DNA from: Phoronis australis
Lineage: Eukaryota > Animalia > Phoronida
Assembly (NCBI GenBank): GCA_002633005.1
Contig: NMRA01000336.1
Coordinates: 45,756-109,755 of the forward strand
Reading direction: 5' to 3'
DNA length: 64,000 nt
The position numbers and the translations under genes are program-made. Positions 12,701-26,681 of the stretch are shown piece after piece. Below the pieces are notes generated by a model, which was not told the origin of the DNA, did not search any database, and was given only the letters and a program-made list of their open reading frames with translations. How positions within the stretch are numbered: position 1 is the stretch's first letter; each line of letters begins with the position of its first letter.

Positions 12701-15700
12701 GAAACCAGTGGACGACTGCGGAGGTCAGTGGAGGGGTGTGGAGGCCATTAGATACCAGTGGAGGCTAATGGATTCCAGTGGAGGCCAATGGACGCCACTT
12801 TAGTCTAGTGGACGACAGTGGAGGCCACTGGAGGACAGTGGTTGCCAGCTGGGAACAGTGGAAGCCAGTGGAGGTCTGCAAAGGCCTTGAAGTTCAGAGG
12901 AGCCCGGTTGGGGTTTTTGAAGGCCAGTTTTGGCCGTCTCTGTCCAGTTGAGGCCAGTGGAGGCCAGCTGAGGCCAGAGAAGTCCAGATATCGACAGTGG
13001 AGGCCAATGGAGACCCTTGGAGACCAGTGAAGGCCAGTTGACGCCAGTGGAGGCCTGTGGAGTCCAGTGGAGGCCAGTAGAATTCGGTGGAGACCAATAA
13101 AGGCCAGTGGAGGCGTGTGGAGGCCACTGAAGGCTAGAAGAGGTCAGTGGCGGCTTGCAGAAGCTAGTGGAGGCCTGCTGGGCCAGTGGAGGCGAGTGGA
13201 CTTTAACTGAGGCCAGAGGAGGACAGCTGCGGCCAGTGGAGGCCATTGGAGGCCAGTGGAGGACACTCGAGGCCAGTGGAGGTCAGTGGGGGCCAACCGA
13301 GGCCATTAGCGGCAGGTGGAGGCTTTTGGCGGCCAATGTAGGCCAGTGGAAGACCGGGGAGGCTAGTGAAGGCCAGTGGTGGCCAGTGGAGGCCAGTGGA
13401 AGCTACTAGAGGACAGTGGAAGCTAGGGGAGGCCAGTGGATGTCTTTGGTGCCCAGTGGAGGTCACTGGAGACCAGTAGAAGCCAGTGACAGCCACTGGA
13501 GGACAGTGCAGGCCAGTGGAGGGCAATGGAGGCCATCAGAAGCGTTTGGTGGCCAGTGGAGGTCATTGAGGGCCAGGAAAGGCCAGATGGGGCTTGTGGA
13601 GGTTCGTGGAGGCCAATAGAAACCAGTCAAGGCCAGTGAAGGCCATTGGACGCCAGTGGAGGTTCGTGGAGGCCAATAGAAACCAGTTAAGGCCAGTGGA
13701 GGTCATTGGAGGCCAGTGGATGCCAGTGGAGGCCAAAGAAGACTAGTGGAGATCAGTGTAGGTCAGTGCAGGCCAATAGAGGACATCGCAGGCCAGTGGA
13801 GGTGGGCGGAGGCCAGTGGAGGCCAATAACGGCCAGAAGAAGGCTTTGGAGACTTAAGGAGGCCAGTGGCGGCCAGCTGAGCCCAGTGGAGGTCAGTGGA
13901 GGCCGGTGAAAGCCAGAAGAGGCCAGTGGGGAATTAAGGAGGCCAGTGGCGGCCAGCTGTGCCCTGTGGAAGCCAGTAGAGGCCAGTGAATGCCAGCTTT
14001 GGGCAGAGGAGGCATGCTGTGGCCAGCTGTGGCCAGTTGAGGCCAGTGGAGGCCAGTGGAGGCTAGTGGAGGGCAGTGGAAGCCACTAGAGGCAAGTGGA
14101 GTTCATCGGAGACCTGTGAAATCTAGCTGAGGCCAGTGGAGTCCAGAGAAGGCCAGTGGAGGCCATCGGAGGCCTGTGGAGGTCAGAAGATGCCAGTGGA
14201 GGAGAGTGGAAACCAATGGAGGCCAGTGGAGGACAGTGGAAACCAGTGGAGGCCACTCGAGGCAAGTGGGGGCCAGCTGAGGCCAGTGAAGGCCTGTGGT
14301 GCATTGAGGAGACCATTGGAGACCAGTGGGGGCCAGCTGAGGCCAGTGGAAACCGGTGGAGGCTTGTGGCGGCCAATGGAGGCCAGTGGAAGCCAGGGGA
14401 TGCCAGAGGAGGCCAGTGGTGGCCAGTGGGGGATTTGGAGGCCAGTGGAGGCCACCTCTGTTCAGTGAAGGCCAGTGCAGGCCAGTAGAGGCCATTGGAG
14501 GCCAGTGTAAGCTTGTGGAGGTCAGTGGATTCCAGTGGAGGCCAGTGAAAGCCAGTGGAAGACTGTGCAATACAGTGGAGGCCAATGGAGGCCATCGGAG
14601 GCCAATGGAGGTCATCGGAGGCCACTGGAGGACAGTGAAAGGCAGAAGTGGCCAGTGGGGGCTTGTGGAGGCCAGCTGAGCCTTATAGATGCCAGTGGAG
14701 GCGAGTGGAGGCTAGCTGAGGCCAGATTAGGCAAGCTGTGTCGAGTGGAGTCCAGTGGTGTCCAGTGGAGGCCAGTAGAGGCTCGTGGAGACCAGTGCAC
14801 GCCAGTGGAGGTCATTGGAGGCCAATGGAGGCCATTGGACGCCAGTGGAGTATGGTGGAGGTGAATAGAAGCCAGTTAAGGCCAGTGGACGTCATTGGAG
14901 GCCAGTGGATGCCAGTGGAGGCCAGTGGAGATCAGTGGAGGTCAATGGAGGACAATAGATTATATCGCAGGCCAGTGGAGGTAGGCGGAGGCCAGTGGAG
15001 ACCTGTGGATGCCAGTAAGGGCTAGAAGAAGCCTTTGGAGACTTAAGGAGGCCAGTTTCGACCAGCTGAGCCCTGTGGAAGCCTGTGGAGGAGAGTAGAT
15101 GCCAGTGGAGGCCAGCATAGGCTGTTGTAGGCGAGTGGAGGCTTGTGGAGGCCAGTGGGGGACACTGCAGTCCAGTGGAGGCCAATGGAGGCCAGTGGAG
15201 GCCTGTGGAAGCCAGTGGGGGGCACTGCAGTCCAGTGGAGGCCAGTGTAGGCCAGAAGAGGCCAGTGGGGGCTTGTGGAGGCCAGCTGAGTTCTATGGAG
15301 GCCGGTGGAGGCCAGTGAAGGCCACTCGAGGCCAGTCGGGGCCAGTGGAGACCATTGGAGACCAGTGGGGGCCAGCTGAGGCTAGTGGAGGCCGGTGGAG
15401 GCTTGTGGCTGCCAATGGAGGCCAGTGGAAGCCAGGGGATGCCAGTAGAGGCCAGTTGAGGATATCGGAGGTGCGTGGAGGCCAGTGGGGGGGGTTTGGA
15501 GGCAAGTCGAGGCCACCTCAGTCCAGTGGAGGCCAGTGCAGGCCAGTAGAGGCCAGTGGAGGCCAGCTGAGATCAGAGGAGTCCAGCTGAGATCAGAGGA
15601 GTCCAGCTGTAGCAAGTGGCGCCCGGTGGAGAACCGTGGAGACCAGTGAAGACCAGTGGAGAAAAGTGGAGGCCTGAGGAGGCCAGTAGAAGTCCGTGGA

Positions 15701-18700
15701 CGCAAATGGAGGCCAGTGGAGGCCATTTGAAGCCAGCTTAGGCCATTGGAGGCCAGTGGAGGAAAGTGGAGGTCAGTGGATTCCAGTGGAGACCAGTGGA
15801 GGCCAGTGAAAGCCAGTGGAGGAGACTACAGTCCAGTGGAGGCCATCGGAGGCCAGTGGAGGCCACTGGAAGCCAGTGAAGGCGAGAAAAGGTCGGTGGG
15901 GGCTTGTGGAGGTAGCTGAGCCGTATGAAGGCCAGTGGAGGCTAGCTGAGGCTAGATTAGGCAAGCTGTGGCCAGTGGAGGTCAGTGGAAGCCAGTGGAG
16001 GCCGGTGAAAGCCAGAAAAGGCCAATGGGGACTTAAGGAAGACAGTGGCGGCCAGCTTTTCCCAGTGGAAACCATTGGAGGCCAATGAATGCCAGATCAG
16101 GCCATGTGAGGCCATCGGAGAACTGTGGAATCCAGCTCAGGCTAGTGGAAGCCAGTGAAGGCCTGTGGAACCCAGTGGCGCACACTGCAGTCCACCGGAG
16201 GCCAATGGAGGCCATTGGAGGCTAGTGGAGGCCAGTGGAGGCCACTGGAGTCCAGCGAAAGCCAGAAGTGGCCAGTGGGGGCTTGTGGAGGCCAGCTGAG
16301 CCTTATAGATGCCAGTGGAGGCGAGTGGAGGCTAGCTGAGGCCAGATTAGGCAAGCTGTGTCGAGTGGAGTCCAGTGGTGTCCAGTGGAGGCCAGTAGAG
16401 GCTCGTGGAGACCAGTGCACGCCAGTGGAGGTCATTGGAGGCCAATGGAGGCCATTGGACGCCAGTGGAGTATTGTGGAGGTGAATAGAAGCCAGTTAAG
16501 GCCAGTGGACGTCATTGGAGGCCAGTGGATGCCAGTGGAGATCAGTGGAGGTCAATGGAGGACAATAGATTATATCGCAGGCCAGTGGAGGTAGGCGGAG
16601 GCCAGTGGAGACCTGTGGATGCCAGTAAGGGCTAGAAGAAGCCTTTGGAGACTTAAGGAGGCCAGTTTCGACCAGCTGAGCCCTGTGGAAGCCTGTGGAG
16701 GAGAGTAGATGCCAGTGGAGGCCAGCATAGGCTGTTGTAGGCGAGTGGAGGCTTGTGGAGGCCAGTGGGGGACACTGCAGTCCAGTGGAGGCCAATGGAG
16801 GCCAGTGGAGGCCTGTGGAAGCCAGTGGGGGGCACTGCAGTCCAGTGGAGGCCAGTGTAGGCCAGAAGAGGCCAGTGGGGGCTTGTGGAGGCCAGCTGAG
16901 TTCTATGGAGGCCGGTGGAGGCCAGTGAAGGCCACTCGAGGCCAGTCGGGGCCAGTGGAGACCATTGGAGACCAGTGGGGGCCAGCTGAGGCTAGTGGAG
17001 GCCGGTGGAGGCTTGTGGCTGCCAATGGAGGCCAGTGGAAGCCAGGGGATGCCAGTAGAGGCCAGTTGAGGATATCGGAGGTGCGTGGAGGCCAGTGGGG
17101 GGGGTTTGGAGGCAAGTCGAGGCCACCTCAGTCCAGTGGAGGCCAGTGCAGGCCAGTAGAGGCCAGTGGAGGCCAGCTGAGATCAGAGGAGTCCAGCTGA
17201 GATCAGAGGAGTCCAGCTGTAGCAAGTGGCGCCCGGTGGAGAACCGTGGAGACCAGTGAAGACCAGTGGAGAAAAGTGGAGGCCTGAGGAGGCCAGTAGA
17301 AGTCCGTGGACGCAAATGGAGGCCAGTGGAGGCCATTTGAAGCCAGCTTAGGCCATTGGAGGCCAGTGGAGGAAAGTGGAGGTCAGTGGATTCCAGTGGA
17401 GACCAGTGGAGGCCAGTGAAAGCCAGTGGAGGAGACTACAGTCCAGTGGAGGCCATCGGAGGCCAGTGGAGGCCACTGGAAGCCAGTGAAGGCGAGAAAA
17501 GGTCGGTGGGGGCTTGTGGAGGTAGCTGAGCCGTATGAAGGCCAGTGGAGGCTAGCTGAGGCTAGATTAGGCAAGCTGTGGCCAGTGGAGGTCAGTGGAA
17601 GCCAGTGGAGGCCGGTGAAAGCCAGAAAAGGCCAATGGGGACTTAAGGAAGACAGTGGCGGCCAGCTTTTCCCAGTGGAAACCATTGGAGGCCAATGAAT
17701 GCCAGCTCAGGCCAGGTGAGGCCATCGGAGAACTGTGGAATCCAGCTGAGGCTAGTGGAAGCCAGTGAAGGCCTGTGGAACCCAGTGGCGCACACTGCAG
17801 TCCACCGGAAGCCATTGGAGGCCAGTGGAGGCCACTGGAGGCCACTGGAGTCCAGTGAAAGCCAGAAGAGGCCAGTGGGGACTTGTAGAGACCAGTGGAG
17901 GCCAGTTGAGGCCATTTGTGGCCATTGGACGCCAGTGGAGGTTTGTGAAGGCCAGCTGAGGCCAGATCAGGCAAGCTGTGGCAGTGGAGGCCAGTGGCGT
18001 CCAGTGGAGGCCAGTGGCGTCCAGTGGAGGCCAGTGGAGGCCAGTGGAGGCTAGTGGAGGCCACTGTGGCCTAGTGGAGGCCGTTGGGTGCCAATGGAGG
18101 CTATTGGACGCCCGTGGACGCCAGTGGAGTATTGTGGAGGCCAGCAGAAGCCAGTTAATGCCAGCTGAGCCCAGTGGAAGCCAGTGGAGGCTTGTGGCGG
18201 CCAATTGGGGCCAGTGGAAGCCAGGGGATGCCAGTAGACTCCAGTGGTGGCCAATGGAAGCTATCGGAGGCGTGTGGAGGCCAGTGGGCGGTTTGGAGTC
18301 CAGTGGAGGCCACCTCAGTCCAGTGGAGGCCAGTGCAGGCCAGTAGAGGCCAGTGGAGGCCAGATGAGATCAGAGGAGTCCAGCTGTCGCAAGTGGAGGC
18401 CGGTGGAGAACCGTGGAGACCAGTGAAGACCAGTGGAGACAAGTGGAGACCTGTGGAGGCCACGTAAGCCCAGAAGAGGCCAGTGGCGCCTTGTGGAGGC
18501 CTTTGGAGGGCAGTTTAGGCCATTGGAGGCCAGTGGAGGGTTTTGGATTTCAGTGGATTCCAGTGGAGGCCAGTGGAGGCCAGTGAAAGCCAGTGGAGGA
18601 CACTGGAGTCCAGTGGAGGCCATCGGAGGCCAATGCAGGCCATCGGAGGCCACTGGAGGCCAGTGGAGGCCACTGGAGGCCAGTGAAGGCCAGAAGAGGC

Positions 18701-21700
18701 CAGTCAGGGCTTGTGGAGAAAGCTGAGCCCTTTGAAGGCCAGTGGAGGCTAGCTGAGGCTAGATTAGGCAATCTGTGGCCAGTGGAGGCCAGTGGAGAAC
18801 AATGGAGGCCAGTGGAGGTCAGTGGAGGCCGGTGAAAGTCAGAAAAGGCCAATGGAGACTTAAGAAAGACAGTGGCGGCAAACTGTGCCCAGTGGAAGCC
18901 ATTGGAGGCCAATGAATGCCAGCTGAGGGTAGAGGAAGCCAGCTGTAACCATTGGAGGCCAGTGGAGGCCACTGGATGCCAGTGAAGGTCTGTGGAAACC
19001 AGTGGAGGACACTGCAGTCCACAAGAGGGCAATGGAGGCCATCGGAGGCCAGTGGAGGCTAGTGGACGCCAGTGGAGGCCACTGGAGGCCAGTGAAGGCC
19101 AGAAGAGGCCAGTGGGGGTTTGTGGAGGCCAGTGTAGTCCAGTGGTGACCATTGGAGGCCATTGGACGCCCATGGACGCCAGTGGAGGTTTGTGGAGGCC
19201 AGCTGAGGCCAGATCAGGCAAGCTGTGGGCAGTGGAGGCCAGTGGCGTCGAGTGGAGGCAGTGGACGCTGTTGGAGGCCAGTGGAGGCCAGCGGAGGCCA
19301 TTGGACGCCCGTGGGCGCCACTGGAGGTTTGTGGAGTCCAGTAGAAGCCAGTTAAGGTCAGTGGACGTCTTTGGAGGCCAGTGGATGCCAGTGGAGGCCA
19401 TTGTGACCAATGGAGATCAGTGGGGTTCATTGGAGGCCAATAGAGGACCTCGCAGGCTAGTGGAGGCGTGTGGAGGCCAGTGGAGACCAGTGGAGGCCAG
19501 TAGTAGCCAAAAGAGGCCTTTGGAGACTTAAGGAGTCCGGTGGCGGCCAGCTGAGCCCAGTGCAAGCCAGAGGAGGCCAGTGGATGCCAGTGGAGGGTTG
19601 CATAGGCTGTTGTATGCGAGTGGAGGCTTTTGGAGGTTAGTTAAGTGCAGTCGAGGCCAGGGGAGGCCAGTGGGGGTCAGTGGAGGCCAATAGAGTCCAT
19701 CGGAGGCCACTGGAGGCCAGTGGAGGCCGGTGAAAGAGCGAAGAGGCCAGTGGGGAGTTAAGGAGGACAGTGGCGGCCAGCTGAGCCCAGTGGAACCCAG
19801 TATAGGCCAGTGAATGCCAGCTGAGGGCAGAGGAGGCCAGCTGTGGCCAGTGGAGGCCAGTGGATGCCAGTGGAGGAGAGTGGAGGGCAGTGGAAGCCAG
19901 TAGAGGCCAATCGAGGTTATTGGAGGTCAGTGGAGGCCAATAGATGTCATCGGAGGCCAGTTGAGGCGTCTGGAGGCCAGTAAAGGCCAGAAGAGGCCAG
20001 TGGGGGCATTTGGAGGCCAGCTGAGGCCTCTGGAGGCGAATGGAGGGAAGTGGAGGCCAGCGGCGACATGTGGAGCCCAGCTGAGGCCAGTGGAGGCCAG
20101 TGGAGGTCAGTGGATGCCAGTGGAGGCCAATGGAGGCCAGTGGAGGTCAGTGGAGGCCAATATAGGCCATCGCAGGCCAGTGGAGTTGTCTGGAGGCCAC
20201 TGGAGGCCAGCGAAGGCCAGAAGAGGACACTGGGGGTACGTGGAGGCCAGCTGAGAAATTTTGAAAGGCCAGTGGAGGCCAGCAGAAGGCAGATTAGGCA
20301 AGCTGTCGCCAGTGGAGGCCAGTGGTGTCCAGTGGAGTCCTGTGGAGGCTAGTGGAGGCCACTGCGGCCCAGTGGAGGCCAAAGGAGGCCATTGGACGCC
20401 AGTGGAGAATTGTGGAGGCCAGTAGAAGCCAGTGGAGGCCAGCGGATGCCAGTGGAGGACAGCATAGGCTGTTGTAGGCCAGTGGAGGTCAGTGGAGGCC
20501 AACAGAGAACAACAGAGGCCAGTGGATGCCATTGGAGGCCGGTGAAATTAAGAAGCGGAAAGTGGGGAGACAAGGAGACTAGTGGCGGCCAGCTGAATCC
20601 AGTGGTAGCCAGTGGAGCCCATTGATTGCCATCTGAGGGCAGAGGAGGTCAGCTGTGGTCAGTGGAGGCCAGTGGAGGCCAGTGCATGCCAGTGGAGGCC
20701 AGTGGAGGGCAGTGAAGGCTCATAGAGGCCAGTCGAGGCCAGTTGATGCCAGTGGAGGCGTTTGGAGGCCAGTGGTGGGCAGTGTCGAGCAGTGAAGGTC
20801 ATTGGAGGCCACTTGACGGTAGTGGACGCCAGTGGAGGCCACTGGAGGACAATGGAGGCCGGCTGGAACCAGTCGAGGCCAGTGGAGGCCAGTGAAGACC
20901 AGCCGAGGCCAGGGGGGCTTATGGAGTCCAGTGGAGGCCAGCTCAAACTAGTGGAGACCAGTGGAGGACATCTGGGGCCAGTGGAGGCCGGTAGATGCCA
21001 GTGGAATCCATTGGAGGCCAAACAAGGCCACTGGTGGCCAGTGGAGTCCAGTGGAGGCCAGCTGAGCCCATTGGAGTCCAGTGGAGTACAATGGATGCCA
21101 ATCAAGCCCAGTTTAGGCCAGTGGTATCCAATGAAGGTCAGTGGAGGCCATCGGAGGCCAGTGGAGTTCACTGGAGGCCAGTGAAAGCCAGTGGAAGACA
21201 GTGGAGTCCACTGCAGGCCAAATGTGGCCAGTGGAGGCCACTTGTGGCCAGTGGAGGGCACCTGAGGCTAGTGGACTACAGTGGAGGCCAATAGAGGCCA
21301 TCGGAGGCCACTGGAGGACAGTGGAGGCCGGTGAAAGACAGAAGAGGCCAGTGGAGGGCAGTTGAGGCCAGTGGGGTACAGTGCAGGCCTATGGAGCCCA
21401 GCTTAGGCCATTAGAAGCCAGTGGAGGCTTGTGAAGATCAGTGGATTCAAGTGGAGGCCATCGGAGGCCAATGGAGGCTGTAGAGGCCGGTCAAGGCCAG
21501 ACGAAGCAAGTGGGGGATTGTGGAGGACAGTGGAGGCCAGCTGAGCCCATTGGAGGCCAGTGAAGGCCAGTAGAGGCCAGGGAATGCCCGTGGAAGACAG
21601 TGGAGTCCACTGCAGGCCAGCTGTGGCCAGTGGAGGCCAGTGGAGTACAGTGGAGGCCAGTGGAGCCCAGCTTAGGCCAGTGGAGGCCAGTGGAGGTCAG

Positions 21701-24700
21701 TGGAGGCGTGTGGAGGCCACTGGAGGCAGGTGGACCACAGTGGACACCTGTGGAATACAGCTGAAGCTAGTGGACGCCACTGGAGGCCACTGGAGGTCAA
21801 TGAAGGACAGAAGAGGCCAGTGGGGGCTTGTGGATGCCAGCGGAGCCCTATGGAGGCAAGTGGAGGCGAGTGGAGGCCAGATTAAGCAAGCTGTGGCCAG
21901 TGGTGGCCAGTGGTGGCCAGTGGAGGCCCCTGGATGCCAGTGGAAGTCAGTGGAGGCTTGAGGAGGCCATTCAAGCCCAGTTAAGGCCAGTGGAGGTCAA
22001 TGGAGGCCAATGGGCGCAAGTGGAGGCCAGTGGAGGCCAGTGGGGGCTTTTTTAGGCCAGTGGAGGCCAATGGAGGCCAGCAGAGGCCATTGGAGGTCTG
22101 TGGAGGCGTGTGGAGGTCAGAGGGGCCAGTGGGGGCTTTTGGACGACAGTGTAGCCCAGCTGAGTCCAGTGGAAGCCAGTGGAGCCCTACTGAGGCCAAT
22201 GGATTCAAGCTGTGGCCAGCGGAGGACAGTGGAGGCCAGTGGTGGCAAGTGGTGGCCAGTTGAGGACAATGGAGGCCAATGGAGGCAAGTGGAGGCCAGT
22301 GGAGGACAGTGGGTGGAGGCCACATGAGGCAAGTGGAGGACAGTCTAGACCACTGGAGGACACTGGAGGCCAATGGACGCCATTGGAGGCAGATGAAGGC
22401 TAGTGGAAGCCAGTGGACGCCAGTGGAAGCTAGTGGAGGCCAGTCGAGATCTGCAGAAGCCAGTGGAGGCCACTGGAGGCAACCGGAGGCCACTGGAGGC
22501 AAGTGGAGGGCAGTAGAGAACAGTGGAGGCCATTGGATACCAGTGGAGTCGTTTGCAGACCAGTGAACGCCAGAAGAGGACAGTAGCGATTTAAGGAGGC
22601 CAGTGGCGGCCAGCTGAGTCCAGTGGACGCCAATGTAGGCCAGTGGAGGCCAGTGGAGTACAATGGATGCCAATCAAGCCCAGTTTAGGCCAGTGGTATC
22701 CAATGGAGGTCAGTGGAGGCCATCGGAGGCCAGTGGAGTTCACTGGAGGCCAGTGAAAGCCAGTGGAAGACAGTGGAGTCCACTGCAGGCTAAATGTGGC
22801 CAGTGGAGGCCACTTGTGGCCAGTGGAGGGCACCTGAGGCTAGTGGACTACAGTGGAGGCCAATGGAGCCCAGCGTAGGCCAGTGGAGGCCAGTGGAGGC
22901 TAGTGGAGGCCAGTGGAGTGCAGTTGAGGACAGTGGGGTACAGTGCAGGCCTATGGAGCCCAGCTTATGCCATTAGAAGCCAGTGGAGGCTTGTGAAGAT
23001 CAGTGGATTCAAGTGGAGGCCATCGGCGGCCAATGGAGGCTGTAGAGGCCGGTCAAGGCCAGACGATGCAAGTGGGGGATTGTGGAGGACAGTGGAGGCC
23101 AGCTGAGCCCATTGGAGGCCAGTGAAGGCCAGTAGAGGCCAGGGAAAGCCCGTGGAAGACAGTGGAGTCCACTGCAGACCAGGTGTGGCCAGTGGAGGCC
23201 AGTGGAGTACAGTGGAGGCCAATGGAGCCCAGCTTAGGCCAGTGGAGGCCAGTGGAGGTCAGTGGAGACCAATGAAGTCCATCGGAGGCCAGTGGAGGCG
23301 TGTGGAGGCCAATGAAGGTCAGTGGAGGCCACTGGAGGCAAGTGGACCACAGTGGACACCTGTGGAATACAGCTGAAGCCAGTGGACGCCACCGGAGGCC
23401 ACTGGAGGTCAATGAAGGGCAGAAGAGGCCAGTGGGGGCTTGTGGATGCCAGCGGAGCCCTATGGAAGCGAGTGGAGGCGAGTGGAGGCCAGATTAGGCA
23501 AGCTGTGGCCAGTGGTGGCCAGTGGTGGCCAGTGGAGGCCCCTGGATGCTAGGGGAGGCCAGTGGAGGCCAGTGGAGGCCAGTGGATGCCACTGGAGGTC
23601 GGTGGAGGTTTGAGGAGGCCATTCAAGCCCAGTTAAGGCCAGTGGAGGCCAGTGGGGACTTTTTTAGGCCAGTGGAGGCCAGCAGAGGCCATTGGTGGTC
23701 TGTGGAGGCGTGTGGAGGTCAGAGGGGGCCAGAAGAGGCCAGTGGGGGCTTTTGGACGACAGTGTAGCCCAGCTGAGTCCAGTGGAAGCCAGTGGAGGCC
23801 TACTGAGGCCAATGGATTCAAGCTGTGGCCAGCGGAGGACAGTGGAGGCCAGTGGTGGCAAGTGGTGGCTAGTTGAGGACAATGGAGGCAAGTGGAGGCC
23901 AGTGTAGGCCAGTGGACGCCAGTTGAGGCCAGTGGGTGGAGGCCACATGAGGCAAGTGGAGGACAGTCGAGACCACTGGAGGACACTGGAAGCCAATGGA
24001 CGCCATTGGAGGCAGATGAAGGCTAGTGGAAGCCAGTGGACGCCAATGGAAGCTAGTGGAGGCCAGTCGAGATCCGCAGAAGCCAGTGGAGGCCACTGGA
24101 GGCAACCGGAGGCCACTGGAGGCAAGTGGAGGGCATTAGAGAACAGTGGAGGCCATCGGATACCAGTGGAGGCGTTTGGAGACCAGTGAACGCCAGAAGA
24201 CAGTAGCGATTTAAGGAGGCCAGTGGCGGCCAGCTGAGTCCAGTGGACGCCAATGCAGGCCAGTGGAGGCCAGTGGAGGGCAGTGGAGGTCAGTGGAGGC
24301 CATCGGAGGCCAGTGGAAGACAGTGGAGTCCAGTGGAAGTCATTGTAGGACAGTGGAGGCCAGTGGAGGCCAGTGGAGGTGGGTGGAAGCCAGTGAAGGC
24401 CAGAGAAGACCAATATTGGCTTGTGGAGGCCAGTGAAGGCCAGCTCAGGCCAATGGAAGCCGGTGCAGGCCAGCTGATGAGAGAGGAGGGAAGCTCTGAC
24501 CATTGGAGGACAGTGGAGGCCAATGGTGGCCAGTGGAGACCAGTGGAGGCGAGTGGACTCCAGTGGAGGCCAGTGGAGGCAAGCAGAAGCTTTTGGAGGC
24601 CAGTGGAGGCCAGTTGAGACCAATGGAGGCAAGGTGAGGCCAGTGGAGGCCAGTGGAGGCCAGAGGAGGCCAGAGGACGCCAGTGTATTTCAGTGGAGAC

Positions 24701-26681
24701 CAGTGAAGTCCAGTGGAGTCCAGTGGAGTCCAGTGGAGGCCAGTGGCGTCCAGTGGAGGCCTGTGAATTCCACTGGAGGCAAGTGGAGGTCAGAGGAGGC
24801 CATCGGATAACAATGGAGGCGTGTGGAGACCAGTGAAGGCCAGAAGACGACAGTGGCAATTTAAGAAGGCCAGAGGCGGCCAGCTGAGTCCAGTGGAAGC
24901 CATTGTAGGCCAGTGGAGACCAGTGGTGGTCATCGAATGCCAGTGGAGGTCAGTGAAGGTCAGTGGAGTCCACTGCTGGCTTGTGGATTCCAATGCAGAC
25001 CAGTGGAGTCCAGTGGTGGCCAGTGGAGTCCAGTGGAGGCCAGTGAAGGCCACTGGAGGCAAGTGGAAGTCATTGGAGGCCATCGGATACCAATGGAGGC
25101 GTGTGGAGACCAGTGAAGGCCAGATGAGGACAGTCGCAATTTAAGAAGGCCAGTGGCGGCCAGCTGAGTCCTGTGGACGCCATTGTAGGCCAGTGGAGTC
25201 CAGTGGAGGGCAGTGGAGGGCAGTGGAGGTCAGTGGAGGCCGTCGGAGGCTAGTGGAGGACAGTGGAGTTCAGTGGAGGTCATTGTAGGACAGTAGAGGG
25301 CAGCTGAGGCCAGTGGAGGCCAATGGAGGTCGGTGGAGACCAGTGGACTTCATTTGAGGGGCCAGTGAAAGCCAGTGGAGGTCAGTGTAGGCCAGTGGAG
25401 ACCAGCAAAGGCCAGAGGACGCCTGTGGAGGCCAGTGGAAGCAGGCTCAGTCCAGTGGAGGCCAGCTGAGGCCAGAGGCGTCCAGCTGTCGCAAGTGGAG
25501 GCCGGTGGAGGCCAGTGGAGGCTTTTTTAGGCCATTAGAAGCCATTGGAGGCCCGTGGATGCCAGTGAAGGCCAGTGGAGCCAGCGGAGTAAGGTGGAGG
25601 CCTGTGGAGGCGTGTGGAGGTCAGAGGGGGCCAGAGGAGGCCAGCGGGTCTTGTGGACGACAGTGTAGCCCAGATGAGTCCAATGGAAGCCAGTGGAGGT
25701 CTCCTGAGGCCAATGGATTCAAACTGTGGCCAGCGGAGGACATTGGAGGCCAGTGGTGGCAAGTGGTGGCGAGTTAAGGACAGTGGAGGCCAGTGGAGGT
25801 CAGTGGAGGCCAGTGGAGGCCAGTCGAGACCACTGGAGGCCACTGGAGGCCAGTGGACGCCATTGAAGGCCAGTGGAGGCCAGTGGAGGCTAATGGAAGG
25901 CATTGGAGACCACTGGAGGCTAGTGGAAGCCAGTGGACGCCAGCGGAAGCCAGTGGAGGCTAGTGGAGATCTGTAGAAACCAGTGGAGGCCGGCGGAGGC
26001 GAGCGGAGGTCAGCGGAGGCCAGTGGAGGCCACTGGAGGACACTGGACGCCAATGAAGGCCAGTGGAGACCAGTGGAGGCCAGTTGAGATGTGTGGAGGC
26101 CAGTGGAGGCCAATGGAGGCCAGTGGAGTCCAGTGGAGGCCAGTGGAACCCAGTGGAGGACGGTGGAGGCCTGTGGAGACCAGTGGAGGCCAATGGAAGC
26201 CAGTGGAGGAGAATGGAGGCCAACGGTGGCCATCAGACGGCAGTGGAGGCCAGTGGAGGCCAGTGGAGGCCAGTGGAGGCCAGTGGAGGCCAGTGGAGGC
26301 CAGTGGAGGCCAGTGGAGGCCAGTGGAGGCCAGTGGAGGCCAGTGGAGGCCAGTGGAGGCCAGTGGAGGCCAGTGGAGGCCAGTGGAGGCCAGTGGAGGC
26401 CAGTGGAGGCCAGTGGAGGCCAGTGGAGGCCAGTGGAGGCCAGTGGAGGCCAGTGGAGGCCAGTGGAGGCCAGTGGAGGCCAGTGGAGGCCAGTGGAGGC
26501 CAGTGGAGGCCAGTGGAGGCCAGTGGAGGCCAGTGGAGGCCAGTGGAGGCCAGTGGAGGCCAGTGGAGGCCAGTGGAGGCCAGTGGAGGCCAGTGGAGGC
26601 CAGTGGAGGCCAGTGGAGGCCAGTGGAGGCCAGTGGAGGCCAGTGGAGGCCAGTGGAGGCCAGTGGAGGCCAGTGGAGGCC
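9740..26681 (+). repeat. ~17-kb tandem satellite of 10-bp unit (CAGTGGAGGC)n, diverged, with higher-order duplications
   Basis: Directly visible 10-bp periodicity throughout; 44 perfect units at 26241-26680 abut the gap. Confidence 0.98.

Noticed and set aside
9752-26681. Dozens of ORFs reading QWRPVEASGG / PPLASTGLHW
   Set aside because: The decamer has no stop codon in any frame. ORFs occur on both strands and in all frames with scattered stops, so they are not protein genes.
9740-26681. CRISPR-like array, or Chi/PRDM9/CTCF motif resemblance of the satellite
   Set aside because: No unique spacers or cas genes in this eukaryotic context; motif matches need several mismatches.
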